Assembly (NCBI RefSeq): GCF_009914755.1
Contig: NC_060932.1
Origin: the human T2T-CHM13v2.0 reference genome, Homo sapiens
DNA length: 64,000 nt
Direction: 5' to 3' (one strand)
Shown in pieces: positions 13,019 through 29,280 of the stretch (the first letter of the stretch is position 1; each line of letters begins with the position of its first letter). The translations under genes were made by a program, and so were the position numbers. The notes beneath the pieces are model-generated. The model did no database searches. It worked only from the letters and a program-made list of their open reading frames with translations, and was not told the origin of the DNA.

Positions 13019-13310
13019 CTGAGACGGAATCTCGCTGTGTCGCCCAGGCTGGAGTGCAGTGGCGTGATTTCATTTCACTGCAAACTCTGCCTCCTGGGTT
13101 CACGCCATTCTCCTGCCTCAGTCTCCTGAATATCTGGGACTACAGTATATGTTAGTCGCAGCCACGCCTGGCTAATTTTTTTGTATTTTTTTAGTAGAGA
13201 CGGGCTTTCACCGTGTTGGCCAGAATGGTCTCGATCTCCTGACCTCGTGATCCACCCGCCTCGGCCTCTCAAAGTGCTGGGATTACAGATGTGAGCCACC
13301 GCGCCTGGCC
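12991..13310 (-). mobile_element. AluY-like element
   Basis: gggttcacgccattctcc diagnostic; perfect 17-bp TSD aacaagatagtactctt at 12974-12990 and 13311-13327. Confidence 0.93.
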
Positions 13311-14905
13311 AACAAGATAGTACTCTTAAGCGAATGTTTTTCTTCGCTCTTTTTCATTTTATGGCTTTACATTTACTGCAAATCTGAAAACACTGTGTCA
13401 TCATTCCTAAGCGTTCAAAGGCGTTTTCTATAATTTGAGAGTTTTTCAGTTCTTTGGTAGCCAAGGATTAAAGGTATATATTTGAAAAAGTGAATATTGT
13501 ACCATTTAAAAGTTTTAAACCATTCAAATCCTAGGAATGCAGGTAAGAAAAAAAGGAGGCTTGTCAGTGACGAAGAAAAACAGGGAAGTGGGTTGTATAA
13601 TGTATAAAGAAACCAAGTTTAAGAAAAAGAAAGAACTAAAATAAATAAGAATGAAAATTCCAAGAAGGAGTAAAAGGTGGGAAAAAGGTTGAATGTTTGT
13701 GTCCATTTCTGTGTCTATATAATCAATGATAGTCCCAATGGAATGTGCCATCATAAAATTCAGAAGTATTGAAAAATTTTTTTCCTCACCTTAATTTTTT
13801 AGGATAAAAGTCAAATTTTTAATCCCAAGGAGAAAAGATGGATGTTTTATTGTAAAGCAAACATTTAGTATTTTTTTCCTACTACTGTTATAACTATTTT
13901 GATGTACTTTTTGTCAAACCATTTTGAGTGGCGTTTAGAAATTAAGCTATGGGAACTTAAATGTGAGCTTGATGGTACCTGGGACTTCAGGCAGGAAACA
14001 GGAAATGGTGAAGTAAATTGCAATGCCTTGCAAATCACATCTCCACTAGATGTCAGGCTAGGTCTCCTCTGAGTCTCAGGCTACTGCTCTATCTGCCTAT
14101 ATCAGAGATTAGTCCTGTTATTAGTTCCATGTTACCAATCCTTCAGACAACTGAAGATGCTGGTCCTCCAGCATCTTTCACAGAACTGATCTCTGGTCTT
14201 CCTTCCAACATATACTGTGAACTAGATTTACTTGTCTGATAGGACGATTAAACTTTTTGATAACTTTAACTCTACACTCAAAAGCTGTCAGGGTCCTACT
14301 CTCCTTTAAAACTTACATTACAATCTATTTTCCACAATCTGGCATTTAAATCTTTCATGATTAAGCTAAAATCTGTCTCTTGTGTTCTAGATCTCATTCT
14401 TCCATCTATGTAACTCTCCACTACAGCTAAAACACTTTGTTATTCCTTAAGCCTATCTGCCAATACTGATTAGAGGTACAGGAAGATTTCAAAGGTTAAA
14501 CATTCAGATGGACACACTTGGCAAATATGTAAAGTTACAGCTTTCAATAAGGACACTGTTAGGGGTTCCCCTTCTGTGGAAGAAGTCCCCAGATGCCTAG
14601 GCTGCATCCCACACAGCCAGCCCTCTTTGGCCACCTATATAGTAGCTCAGGTTCAAGGTAGTGAGAGTCACATAGGGCAGATGCTGAATTGCCCTGGCTT
14701 AAAACCCTCATAAACCATCGTTTTTAATAAAAATTCCAAAGGCACTTCTTCCAAGTTTCCTGTAAGAAATCTCTCAATTACTAGAGTTAAAGTACTCAGC
14801 GTAGCTCATTTCAGTGACTGCTCATCAGGTATTCGTACATCATCTGTAGTGCTTTCTAGTCCAAATGCAAGTCATCAATCCAAGATCATTGTTATCATAA
14901 GCAAT

Positions 14906-14918
14906 GTTGCCTAGCAAC
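14906..14918. promoter_or_regulatory. RFX X-box motif GTTGCCTAGCAAC
   Basis: Matches the GTNRCC-N(0-3)-RGYAAC consensus; function untested. Confidence 0.45.
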
Positions 14919-15254
14919 ACTGTTAACTGTACCTTAATCTGGCCTATAAGGAACAGAGCTGGAGAGTTATCATGCTGACAGGAAAAATATTCCCTTAATT
15001 ACACCATCATAATCTTCACCATATTGTCATGCCTTAGCTCATGTTTCCTGTGTTTGGGGTTCCCTTTGCTCTTCCTTTATTTGTTCTTATCATTTCAGTT
15101 CTTCAGAGTTTTCCTAAATTACTTTAATCTCCACAAAGACTCTCCTGGCTTTTCCAGTATGAAGAAATTATATATACTATTTTAATGTATTTGTATTTAT
15201 TAATTATAATCACATTTTATATAATCACATTTATAAAATTTTTATGTAGTCACT

Positions 15255-15780
15255 ATAGAGGCAGAAGTAGGATTATTGGATCATATGGTAATTCTATTGT
15301 TAATATTTTGAGGAACTTTCATACTGCTTTCCAAAATGACTATATTAATTTACATTCTCACCAACAGTATATCAGGGTTCCCTTTCCTCCACTTTCTCTC
15401 TAACACTTATCTTTAGATTTTTTATAGTAGCCATGTTAACAGGTACGGAGTGGTATCTCGCTGTGGATTTAATTTGTATTTCCCTGATGATTAGAGATAT
15501 TGACTTTTTTTTGTTGGCCATTCATGGGTCTTATTCTGAAAAATGTCTGTTCAGGCCCTTTGCCCATTTTTCAAGTTGGACTATGTGTTTGCTTGTTACT
15601 GAATTGTTTGAGTTCCCTATATATTTTGGATATTACCCCCTTATCATAGGTATAATTTGCAAATATAGTCTCCATTCTGTGGGTTGTCTCTTCACTCTGT
15701 TGTTTCCTTTTCTGTGCAGAAGCTTTGTAGAGTGATGTAATCTCATTTATCTACATTGACTTTTGTTCCCTGTGTATATG
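15255..15780 (-). mobile_element. L1M (MA/MB-like) ORF2 fragment
   Basis: ggatcatatggtaattcta...ttttgaggaactttcatact...tttacattctcaccaacagt...ctgtgcagaagcttt. Confidence 0.85.
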
Positions 15781-15784
15781 AGAA

Positions 15785-15892
15785 AGCTGAGGCAGGAGGA
15801 TCGCTTGAGCCCAGGAATTTGAGGTGAATTTCAGTAAGCTACGATCATGCTACTGCACTCCAGCCTGAGCAACAGCACAAGGCCCTGTTTTT
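15785..15892 (+). mobile_element. AluJ right arm / FRAM-like fragment
   Basis: gctgaggcaggaggatcgcttgagcccagg...ctgcactccagcctgagcaacag. Confidence 0.85.
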
Positions 15893-16214
<322 letters not shown>

Positions 16215-16330
16215 AAGACCCTGTTTTTTTTAAAAAAGGATTAATTTGTGGAGAATTGACATATTTATAATATTGAGTCTTCCTACTCAATAACTGGTAT
16301 CTTTACAATGCTCAGTCTTCCTACTTCTCA

Positions 16331-16546
<216 letters not shown>

Positions 16547-16609
16547 CTATTATGAATGATATCTTTTTCTAACTGTAAAGTCAGTATGTGAGAAATATTA
16601 AATTTAAAT

Positions 16610-18000
16610 TTTTAAAAAGCTTTTGAAATAATCATAATCTTACAGATGTTGGAAGTTCAGATTAAAGGAACTTATTTTTCTAGAGCAATTTGACATTCCG
16701 TCATCCCCATATTTCAGTGTGTATTTTTAAAAAAACATTGTTACATAATTACAATACAACTATCAAGATCAGGAAAATTAACATTGATACATTACTGTAA
16801 TCTAATCCTTGGACCCCATTCAAATTTGGTCAGTTGTTCTGATAATGTCCTTTCTAGTAAAACAATCCAATTCAAAATCTCATGTTTTTCTGGTCAATGT
16901 GTCTGTTTTATGCCAGCACCATACTGTTATGATAGCTTTGTATTTTGAAATCAGACAGTGTGATAGTTTTAGCTTTGTTCTTTTTTCTTCAGATTGCTTT
17001 GACTCTTTAGGATCTTGCTGTCTTGTCTCTTCAATTCTTTCAGTCTGGAATAGTTTCTCAGTTTTCCTTGACTTTCATGACCTTGATACTGGGAGACAAC
17101 AAAGCAGTTATATTGTAGAATATCTTTCAATTTGGTTTGTTTGATATTTCCTCATGATTAGATTTGAGGTAGACATCTTTGTCAGCAATATCACAGGAGT
17201 TATTTCATGTTCTCCTTCCATCTTATCAGGGGCCATATGATCTCAGTTTGCCCCACTCTTGATGATATTCACTTTAATAATGATTAAGGTATTACATAGA
17301 GAGCTTTCCAGTTGTAAATGTACTCTTTTCTCTTTTTAAATTAATATGTTTTGGGAAGATGTATTTTAAGGTGTATAAATATTCCATTTCTCATGAAATA
17401 TTAAATTAAATACATTGACCGTTCTTTATTTGGGTTAAAAAATAAAAATTAAATATAGGAACTCTGGGGTTTCTATTTTATTCAAAGAGTTTTAAGGAGT
17501 TATTTTTATTATATATTTTGATCACATTGTTCATAGTTTGGACAGTGGGAGCCACTTCAAGTTGGTTTGAGCATTTCTTTGCTTCTGACACAATGGGATT
17601 TTTCAAGCTCTTTTCATACTTTCTTTGTCTTATCCCTGGAATCAGACATTTTCCCTAAGAGCCCTGTTTTGTTTTAATGAAAATTTAAGATCTGGGTGCT
17701 CTGTGCATCATTGATCTTAGGATGCCATTACTCCCAGGCCCTCTCAGTGGACAGATCTAGGGAATACAAATTCACATTTATATTTGTTTGTAAATCAATT
17801 TATATATATATATATATATATATGTATTAAAAATTGTGAGTTTACACTGATTTCTTTAATCCTAATGCAGCACCACAGGCTCATTCTTATCTTCTCCCTT
17901 TCTGTATTTCTAACTCCCATCTCTGAAGTGATAAAGCTTTCTCCTATTAGCTTTAACATAACACTTTTGAGTAGTTTCCTTGTTTGTAATCTATCTTCCA
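16610..18000 (-). mobile_element. L1MC-like 3' region
   Basis: tatcaagatcaggaaaattaacattgatacatta...ccctggaatcagacattttccctaagagccctg; approximate bounds. Confidence 0.65.
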
Positions 18001-18971
18001 TATTCACTGCCATCCATTCTGACATTTAGCTCTGGGACACTCCCTCTGTCTCACACCTCGCAACTGTCCTCCTTACCTGGTTGTTCTGAGACTCTGCACA
18101 GTCCCACCTTAATGTGGATGCCCTCCACACCCTGGTCTTGGATGCTGTGATACCTTACCTTTCACCCTACCTACTCCTGGTATAGATGTCTACCATCTGC
18201 TGCTGTCACATTGGTTTTAGGACTCACTGTTCGAGGAAAAAGGCAAGCTATTGAATTAGTTACTTCTGGAATAAGCCACTTTGGCAAGTACTCTAATGGG
18301 TTTCTGGTCTATGTACTTCTTTTAAATCTATATAATTACAATAATAGCAAACACTGATTTGTATCTTTCTTTCTAATTTCTAAATCTTGTGCATTTCTTT
18401 TATTAAATTGTGTCCTTTGGTACTTTCAGAAATTTGTAGCACTAGTATATATCTTTATCTCGTTCCTGAATTTATTGCTATTGCCTCTGGTGTTTCAACA
18501 TTAAACATGATTCTGTCTTTTGGTTTGATCTACTTACCAGCTTAAAAAAAATAAACTTTTTTCAATTTAAGCTGCTAAGAACTATGTTGAATTTTACTGG
18601 ATACTTTTTCTGTATTTAGGGAGATTATAATTTTAAAAATTTCAACTTATTGTGGAAAATTATATTGCTATATTCTCTAATTGAATTTTCTTTGATTATT
18701 TGGATAAATCTTACTTTGTTGTATGATCTTTGTTAATATGTTGCCGGGCACTATACCCTCGTATATATTTTTGGAAAATATTCATGTGTATTTGTGAGAT
18801 TAATCTCTGGTTTCCTTTTTCATGTTTTGTCATATTTGCATCTAATTGTTTTGCTTGCTTCATCAAATAAATTTGAAAGCTTTTCTATGTTTCAATATTT
18901 AACAAGCATATGTATTGTCTCTTCCATGAAGATTTGATGGAATCCACTGTGATAATGCCTTGTTTGATACC

Positions 18972-18972
<1 letters not shown>

Positions 18973-19004
<32 letters not shown>

Positions 19005-19010
19005 GTTTGT
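18973..19010. repeat. Interrupted (TG)n microsatellite
   Basis: Direct reading. Confidence 0.95.
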
Positions 19011-20869
19011 GGTGGAGGAAAACTGCTTTGAGATTATTCCCCATTTTTTTCAAGGCAATTAATTTACTTAGGCTTTTCTCTTTTTTCTAATGTCAAATAT
19101 AAGTAATATACATTTTCCTTAAAAAATCATTTTTGTTTAGTTTCAGTTTTTTTGACCTTACATCTTTGTGTAAAACCTTCTTTTCTGATTTCTTTTTAAT
19201 GATATATACTGTTAGTTAGTTCCCAGTTTTCTTATGTTGAGTACTTACGCTATTCTTTTTGTTTAGATATGCCTGTGGTTTACTTTTTCCTTTCCAAAGA
19301 ACCAGCTCTTGATTTTTACTTTCTATATTTTTTCTGTTTTATAAATTTATTCATTGCTTTTCTTTGTTTTCTCCTTTCCATTTTTCTTATGTATTTTAAT
19401 TTTCTTGTACTACTTGAGTTAAAAGCTAATTTTTTATTTTATTCTATCTTCTTGTAATATCATTTTTTTCTTCAGAGAAATACATATTTTAACTATATTC
19501 CATAGGTTCATGAAAGGCTTCACTATTTTTACTTTATATTTTATAGTTTTAGTTTTAATATCCTCTTTTGATTTAAGAATAAAATTTGGTACATGATTAA
19601 TATATGTAAAATCTACATCCTTAGTGATTCATTTCCTATTTGATTTTTGTTTGACAACAAAGGGAAGTTATTGGGGTTTATTTTGCCTCCATTTATACCT
19701 GCAATTTTTGCTTTATGAATTTTGATGGTATATAATCTGAGAACAAAAATGTTTAATAGTTTGATTCTATACCTAAATCAAATGTCTATTTCTTGATTTA
19801 TCAACTTTAGAAAATGCATATTTATAACCTAGTATGAAATGAGAAAAATTTCCCTCTTCACATGTTGATTTTGTTGCAACAAATATTTAAGTCTTTGGTC
19901 AGTTATATTCATATCTTTAAATGTTATTAAATATTATTTTTAATATTTCTTAAACTGTAACTATTAATTATCTACTTTGTAAGGGAATATGTACAGATAT
20001 ATATTACATTTTCTCCTCTGCTGAAACTTCACATTTGTTACTCATTATTTATACTATCTCCATTATAATCTATGAATAAGTTATTTATGTTAATGTTTAC
20101 AAAATTTGCCTACACTTTATTAGTACATTTTGCATCCTATTTAAGTCTTAGTTGTATGGGTATGTGATTTCTTCACCCAGTGCTTACTAGGCGAAATTTG
20201 ATATCCAAATAATATCTCTGAGGTTTCATATTTATTAGTTGGGGAATAAAATTCATGAGTCACATTTTTTTCTTCCCTGAGGTTGCCCTACTCTTTGCCA
20301 GGACATTGCTGTGGAGAAGTCTGTGACCAAAGTTTTTCACACTTGGAGAAGGCTTCCTCTTTTGGCTTGCTGCTAAAATAATTCTTTATCTTTGAAATAT
20401 GGTAACAATTAGCTGCTAATCGAGTAACACCTAGAACATCTAATCTTTTTGTAAATCATGTATCATGATTTCTCTTTGCCTTTCTGGGTCATCGTATTAT
20501 ATTTAATTCTCCAGATTCAAGTGTTTATATAAGAAAAGTATTATTGCATTATATCTTTGAGCATTTTTTGTCTACTCTTATTTCTGTTTGCTTACTCAGA
20601 AATCATTTTTACATATAGTATCTGCTCCCTATTTTCATTTGTTATTTTCTCCTTTCTTTATGTGTTTCCTATTTATTTGAATGTGTTAGCCTCTGTGTCT
20701 ATGGCTATATTTTCTTAAATCTTTGTCATTTTTGCAGTTTCCCATGTGGATTTTATTTCTGTCATTATTTTATCTTCCTCTTATTTCCTGAATATTGCCT
20801 GCTTGTAATTTCTTTCTGTTTTCCTATTTATGGTTAATGCCATGTAATTTTGTTTTTCTTTCATCAAAG

Positions 20870-20870
<1 letters not shown>

Positions 20871-20932
<62 letters not shown>
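20871..20932. repeat. Compound (TG)18(AG)13 microsatellite
   Basis: Direct reading. Confidence 0.95.
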
Positions 20933-20933
<1 letters not shown>

Positions 20934-21984
20934 CGGAGAAGCACAGATTTTTGCTTATTTCCTGGCATAATTATTATTCTAGTGCATACTGCATACTATT
21001 TGATTTTTATTTGCTATTATAAATTAATCATTTTTACCTTTTCCCTTAGAGCATATTGTGCTTAGGTTCCAGGATTATTAAATAGTGGTTATTTTTTGAA
21101 GATAGATTACTTGTTAGAAAATAAATGGTGGTGGAGAGTGCACTAGTTCAGCAGACAGATTGAATTTTCTTGTATGTTAATGTTGAACACTTTTCATCAA
21201 CTTTGTTCTGTTCTCTTCCCTAAACAATATGCTCCTAATTTGTGCTGTCATCGTTTAAATTCCAAAGGTTCTGTGTAGTTATTTGGCCATGATCTATTTC
21301 TTTTCAGTGACTGAGATCAGCTGCTTCTATGTTGATTGCCACTTAACATTGTCCTCTGTATTATCACAACTTTATTCTGAAAAAAAAAAAAATGAGTGTT
21401 ATGTGGAACCGTTGTTTAACCCCGCCTTTCATGAATGTCACTGGTTCAAGGATATCCCCTTAGTCTGTCCATGTCTGAACATCTTCCCATTTCAAGTAAG
21501 GTTTAGTGGCTGCATCCTTCAGAGCTGTATCAGCTTCCCCTGGAGAACTCTTCCTATTTCCTCAAACAAGACCAGTATGCATTTTCTCTTGTACCTCTTT
21601 TACAGTTTATTGATGTTTCACTATTTGGTTGATATTATTCAGAATTCATAGTTAGAAAATATGGTTAATCCTCAGTTTTACTGAAGATCAGGCTTCTTCC
21701 TCTAACTTTTATGTTTTACTCTTTATGTTATTTAGTGGGCTGTTTGTCATGATGAATAGATTTTTAATGCCAAAAAAATGACATTGACTTGATGTTCAAT
21801 CTCATGTAGATGGGAGATAAAATAATTAAAATATGATCTTCTGCAAGAAGCAGGGTGTTTTTAGATTTTTGAAAGTATTCCTTTAATAACATTTTTACTT
21901 CCACTTATCTGTCTTTGTTATTTTTTCTTGATTTGATTTTCATTGCATACAACTGATTCTCACCTGACAAATTAGAGTCACATT

Positions 21985-22960
<976 letters not shown>

Positions 22961-23069
22961 TGGCAAGCATGTGAATAATACTACTTCACAATGTACATGT
23001 CACACAGCCCTACTTGGTGACTTCTGATTAACGACAATCCTTATTGTCATTGGGATTACAGGAGACACA

Positions 23070-23403
23070 CAGTCAGTCTTTTGTTTCTGAGGTTTCCCTG
23101 TGCAGAATCAACCAACTTGGGATCGAACATATTAGAAAAAATAAAAAAAAAACGTAATACTACAATAAAAATAACATAAAATACAAAACAATACAGTATA
23201 ACACTATTTAAATAGGATTTATATTGTATTAGGTATTAAAAGTGATCTAGAGAAGATTTATACTATATGGGAAGATGTGCATAGGTTATCTGAAAATATT
23301 ATGCCATTTTATATGAAAGACTTGAGCATCTATGGATTTTTGTACTGGAGGGGTGAAAGAGGTGTCCTAGAACCAACACCCCATGGATATTGATGGACAA
23401 CTG
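23070..23403 (+). mobile_element. MER2 (TcMar-Tigger non-autonomous DNA transposon)
   Basis: cagtc...caactg termini; internal acaatacagtataacactattta...gacttgagcatctatggattt. Confidence 0.8.
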
Positions 23404-23512
23404 TATTTTGAAAATATTTAGGATATATTTCAAAAGAGATGGAATTGACAGTCTTTATAACACTTTGGTCCTGAAGAGGAAAGGGTAGAATAAGATCTCA
23501 AGATTGGTTATA

Positions 23513-25995
23513 GATACAACAACAAAAAGAGAAAACTTCAGGCCAATAACCTTTATGAACAGCAATGAAAAAATCCTCAACAAAATATCGGCAAACCCAA
23601 TCCAGCAGCACATCAAAAGCTTATCCACCATGATCAAGGAGGCTTCATCTCTGGGATGCAAGGTTGGTTCAACATATGCAAATCAAGAAATATGATTCAT
23701 CACATAAACAGAACTAAAGACAAAAACCACATGATTATCTCAATAGATGCAGAAAAAGGCTTTTGATAAAATTCAACATCCCTTCATGTTAAAAACTCTC
23801 AATAAACTAGATGTTGAAGGAACATACCTCAAAATGATAAGAACCCTATATGAAAAACCCACAGCCAACATCATACTGAATGGGCAAAAGCTGGCAGCAT
23901 TCCTCTTGAATACCAGCACAAGACAAGGATGCCCTCTCTCACCACTCCTATTCAACACAGTATTGGAAGTTCTGGCCAGGGCAATCAGGCAAGAGAAGGA
24001 AATAAAGGGTATTCAAATAGTAAGAGAGGAAGTAAAACTATCCCTGTTTGCAGATGACATAATTCTATATCTAGAAAACCCTGTTGTCTCAATCCCAAAG
24101 CTTCTCAAGCTTATAAGCAAAGTCTCAGGATACAGAATCAATGTGCAAAAATTGCTAGCATTCCTATACGCCAACAACAGGCAAGCAGAGAGCCAAATCA
24201 TGAGTGAATTCCCATTAACAATTGCCACAGAAAGAATAAAATACCTAGGAATACAGCTAACAAGGGAGGTAAAAGATCTCTACAAGGAGAACTATAAACA
24301 ACTGCTCAAATAAATCAGAAATGACACAAACAAATGGAAAACCATTCCATGCTCATAGATAGGACAGATAAATATCATTAAAATGGCCATCTGCCCAAAG
24401 CAATTTATAGATTCAATGCTATTGCCATTAAACTGCCATTCGCATTCTTCACAAAATTAGAAAAAACTATTTAAAAATTCATATAGAATCAAAAAAGAGC
24501 CTCAATAGCCAGGCAATCTTAAGCAAAAAGAAAAAAGCTGGAGCCATCACTCTACATGACTTCAAACTATACTGCAGGGCTACAGTAACCAAAACAGCAT
24601 GGTACCAGTACAAGAACAGACACATAGACCAATGGAACAGAGTAGTGAACCCAAAAATAAGTCCACACATCTATAACTATCTGATCTTCAACAAGCCTGA
24701 CAAAAATAGGTAATGGGAAAAAGATTCCCTATTCAATACTGGGAATAGGGAAAACTGGGTACTGGGAAAACTGGCTAGCTATAAGCAGAAAATTGAAAGT
24801 GGACCCCTTTTTTATACTATATTCAATAATTAACTTAATATGGATTAAAGATTTAAATGTAAAACTCCAAACTATAAAAACCCTGTAAGACAACCTAGGC
24901 AATACCATTCAGAGGCATGGGCAAAGATTTCATGATGAAGATGCCAAAAGCAATTGCAACAAAAGCAAAATTGACAAATGAGATCTAATTAAACTAGAGT
25001 TTCTTCACAGCAAAAGAAACTGTCAGCAGAGTAAACACACAGCCTACAGAATGGGAGAAAAATTTTGCAAACTATGCATCTGACAAAGGTCTAATATCTA
25101 GCATCTATAAGGAACTTAAACAAATTTACAAGAAAAAAACAACCGCATTAAAAAGTGGGCAAAGGACATGAACAGACATTTCTCAAAAGAAGACATAAAT
25201 GTGGCCAACAATCATATGGAAAAAAGCTCAACATCACTGGTCATTAGAGAAATGCAAATCAAACCACTGAGACACCATCTCACACCAGTCAGAATAGCTG
25301 TTATTAAAAAGTAAAAAAATAACAGATGCTGGTGAGGTTGTAGAGAAAAAAGAACACTTACACCCTGTTGGTGGGACTGTAAATCAGCTCAACCATTGTG
25401 GAAGACAGTGTGGCAATTCCTCAAAGACCTAAAGACAGAAATACCACTGAACCTAGCAATCCCATTATTTGGGTATATACCCAAATGAATATAAATCATT
25501 GTATTATAAAGACACATGCACATATATGTTCACTGCAGCACCATTCACAATAGCAAAGACATGGACTCAACCTAAATGCCCATCAATGATAGACTGGGTA
25601 AAGAAAATGTGGTACATAAATACCATGGAATACTATGCAGCCATAAAAAAGAATAAGATTATGCCCTTCACAGGGACATGGATGGATTTCGAGGCCATCA
25701 TCCTTAGCAAACAAACTCAGGAACAGAACACCAAATACCACGTGTTTTCACTTGTAAGTGGGAGCTAAGAGATGAGAACACATGGACACATAGAGGGGAA
25801 CAACATACACTGAGACTTACTGGAGGGTGGAAGGTGGGAGGAAGGATAGGACCAGAAAAAATAACTAATGGATACTAGGCTTAATATCTGGGTGATGAAA
25901 TAATGCATATAACAAACCACCATGATACACGTTTACCTATATAACAAACCTGCACAACCTGCATGTTCCCTGGAACTTAAAAGTTAAAAAAAAAA
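23513..25995 (+). mobile_element. 5'-truncated L1PA (about PA11-PA13), degenerate ORF2 and 3' UTR
   Basis: Reverse-transcriptase motifs [11 protein letters not shown] and LFADD in ORF 23747-24313; stops and frameshifts; poly(A); diverged TSD agattggtKaYa at 23501-23512 and 25997-26008. Confidence 0.95.
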
Positions 25996-26079
25996 TAGAT
26001 TGGTGACAAAGTTATTATAATTGGTAGGGATTTTCTTAATCCAGACAAAATTCAGGAGGGGATCATGTTTTATATGGCA

Positions 26080-26640
26080 AAATAAACATGGGAGAAATTT
26101 TGAGTGAAGTTTTGGTTATCTTGAGTTTGCTTTTCCTGGGCAACATTCACGTGAATATTAGTGGAGCACTGGTTAGAGATCTGGGCTGGAGAGTTTGATT
26201 TGAGAATCTTAAGATCAATGTGATCATTGAAGACATGAATGCAGATAAGATTATGCAAAAAGAAGATCTAAGCTGAGAAGAGAAGACAAGGGTAATGAGA
26301 ATGGATTCTTGGCCAACGTCAATGCTTAACGGAAGAAGATAGCATTCAATGGAGCAGTCTAATAATGGGAAAGCAAGAAAGGAGAGAATGGTGTCACAAA
26401 AACCCAGTAAGAAGAAACTTCAGTATCAAACATCACACAGGGCGTAGTAAGATGAAGACTGAAAGGAGGTTATTTGACTAGAATCTAAAAGGTCTCTGAT
26501 GATCTTAATGAAAAAAATTTCAAAAAATATGAAGAAGATTAATTATAGTAGATGGAAGAGTAAATTTGGGTTGGGGAAATAGAAAAGATAAACGTAGATT
26601 ATTTTTTCCAAAAATGCTGGGTATAAAGAGAAGTTATTTT
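26080..26640 (-). mobile_element. L2 fragment
   Basis: gagatctgggctggagagtttgatttgagaatc...aatggtgtcacaaaaaccc...aagatgaagactgaaa. Confidence 0.6.
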
Positions 26641-26670
26641 GATAATTTGTTGTAAAACATTGCCCCTTTC

Positions 26671-27072
<402 letters not shown>

Positions 27073-29229
27073 TTAACCCACCCAGTCAATGAACAGGGAC
27101 AATCTAGGCCCACTTGGGAATTGTCTCTGTCAGTGTGCCAGCATTTATTAATAGAAAACTTTGACTGGGCATTATTCTTTTGCCTCTGAAGGTTTATTTA
27201 GTCACCCTTTTTGGGTGCCTTATGTCTATCTAATATTATATTATTTAAAGAAAAATTACCTTTGAGATTTTAGAAAACAAAAACTAGTTGAAAAATGGGT
27301 AGATACACTATGAACCATTAACATAGGTATGTTTAGTGACCTCACTAGATAGGTTTAGACTTATTTTAAAACATACTCCTCCCTGTAATTAAATCACTAA
27401 TCCAAGTATATAGGAAGACTTAGTCATGCTTATTGTCTCTGAAGGATCCTTTTCTTTATTTTCTCCCATCCAGCTTCTTGTTCAGTACTTCAGTCCTATG
27501 CTAGAATTCACCTTCTGCTTATTATTGTATAAGGGTTGCTATTCTTACTACAAAAGTTTGTTGCCAGTATTTCTGTTGCTATGGCTGCTGAACTGCTTCT
27601 TTGTGCTCTAAAAATCATATTAAGCAAGGTTCCATTTATCATTGGATTAATTATTAGAGTATGTACTCCAACTACTTTGAAGCCATTTTACACTGTGTTT
27701 TCCAGCTAACTCTGCTCTGACATTTCTGCAGGATCATTGTGATATTTTTTTCTAGGGCTATGCTGTCCATCTCTTTCTTGCCTCCTAGCCACTCAGATAA
27801 GCCTGGTCTCTGAGTAAATTGTGGCTATGTATTTACAGAATTTCTAAGCCTTCACTTATTCTATTGCTTCCTCTTAGCTTTTTGCAAAGGGTATTTATAT
27901 ACCTCTTAAAGGAAAGCTTGTTGGGGAAAAATAGTTTAGTTACGTTTAACACAAAAAACATTTCTAACTTCCATCACATGCATACTTAATTTACTATATG
28001 CACACATATGAAGATATATCTACCTTAAATAATCATTAACACATATAAATGATCATCAATATAACATTCAAACAAAACATTGGAATTTAGTTCTTCTATT
28101 CCAATAATATACAGTGGGCCTTATATCAATAAAGATAATCGGTTTTTTAATTTCTCAATGGGTTCCTAGTTAAAGATTAATTTTCTAACCCCTTTCCAGC
28201 CCTCTTTCAAATATACTCTAGTCTAAACCCTTGATTTTAACCGTGTTATAGGGTTAAATCTTTTCTGCTTCTGTCAAAAGCCAGGCTAAGGCAAATTCAT
28301 CAGGAAAAACAAGACTGGAAAACAAATGTAAACTTTATACTCCTTGAACCTCTTTAAACTTTATCCCTGTATTAAATTTGATCACAAGAAAAGCTCAACA
28401 TCTGGTCTTTACAAAGTTACAATTTCATGTTGAAACCTTTGGCTTTTTTTCTTTTTAATGAAACTGCTTTCAAAGGCAAGATCCATTATGTTGCTCAACA
28501 CCCTCCACGGAAAGAGCCTTGCAACAAATACCTCTCAGAACTGAGGATCAGCAAAGAGATGTTTTGATGAATTAAAGTGTTCTTCTACTAGGCTGTGAGT
28601 GCTATCCAGCCCATTCTATTTTTGAGTTTACTTGGCTGTTCCAAGCCTACTATGAAGCCTTGACCTCTACTGCTATAGCTTTTCTCAGGCAATGTTAATG
28701 TTAGATAAAAAGCAAAGTAGTAGTTTAATCCTTCTATTCTTTGCTAGCAATTCTTAATCTTATCTTCTCTGTTCTATAAGTCTTATTTTTTTGTCACCTG
28801 CTTTAAATGAAGAATAAAGAATATTTACTTTTTTAAAGCCTCTCTTTTTTGGTCAGAATTCCTTAAACCTTGACCTTTTTCCAAATCTCTGTGGCACCAT
28901 CTCCCTTTCCTGTCCCTATCATTCATCAGAGCTATTACTGACACTCTTCTTGAACACCATTAGAAAAACAGGCTAAATGAATACTTCATAGAAGTTCCTT
29001 CCTAATCTATGTATATAAAAATCTATGATTAAGATTTTATATATCAGAAATATTACTAGACTAAAAGGTAGTTTAGATATATGTAAGCTGACAGCTTGGT
29101 TCATTTAAAATAAATTATTCCATATGACGCTAACACACAATTTGGTAACTTTTTTGTTTCTTAAGGCTTGCCTGAGCAATGTGGGTAAGAAAATGCCTAA
29201 ATCATGTAATCAGTATTTCCAAGTTTATT

Positions 29230-29280
29230 ATGATATGATTTATATGATATGATATGGATATATATGATATGATATGGATA
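29230..29280. repeat. (ATATG)n-like simple repeat
   Basis: tatatgatatgatatggata occurs twice in tandem. Confidence 0.8.

Larger units (their letters stand above)
18250..21700 (-). mobile_element. Very old L1M(E) relic
   Basis: Long T-rich stretch with residual reverse L1 motifs (tgttgaatttta, tttccaaagaaccagctcttg, gctgtggagaagtctg). Confidence 0.5.

Noticed and set aside
23747-24313. 188-aa reverse-transcriptase ORF as a novel RT system
   Set aside because: A standard L1 ORF2 remnant in a truncated L1PA with stops and frameshifts.
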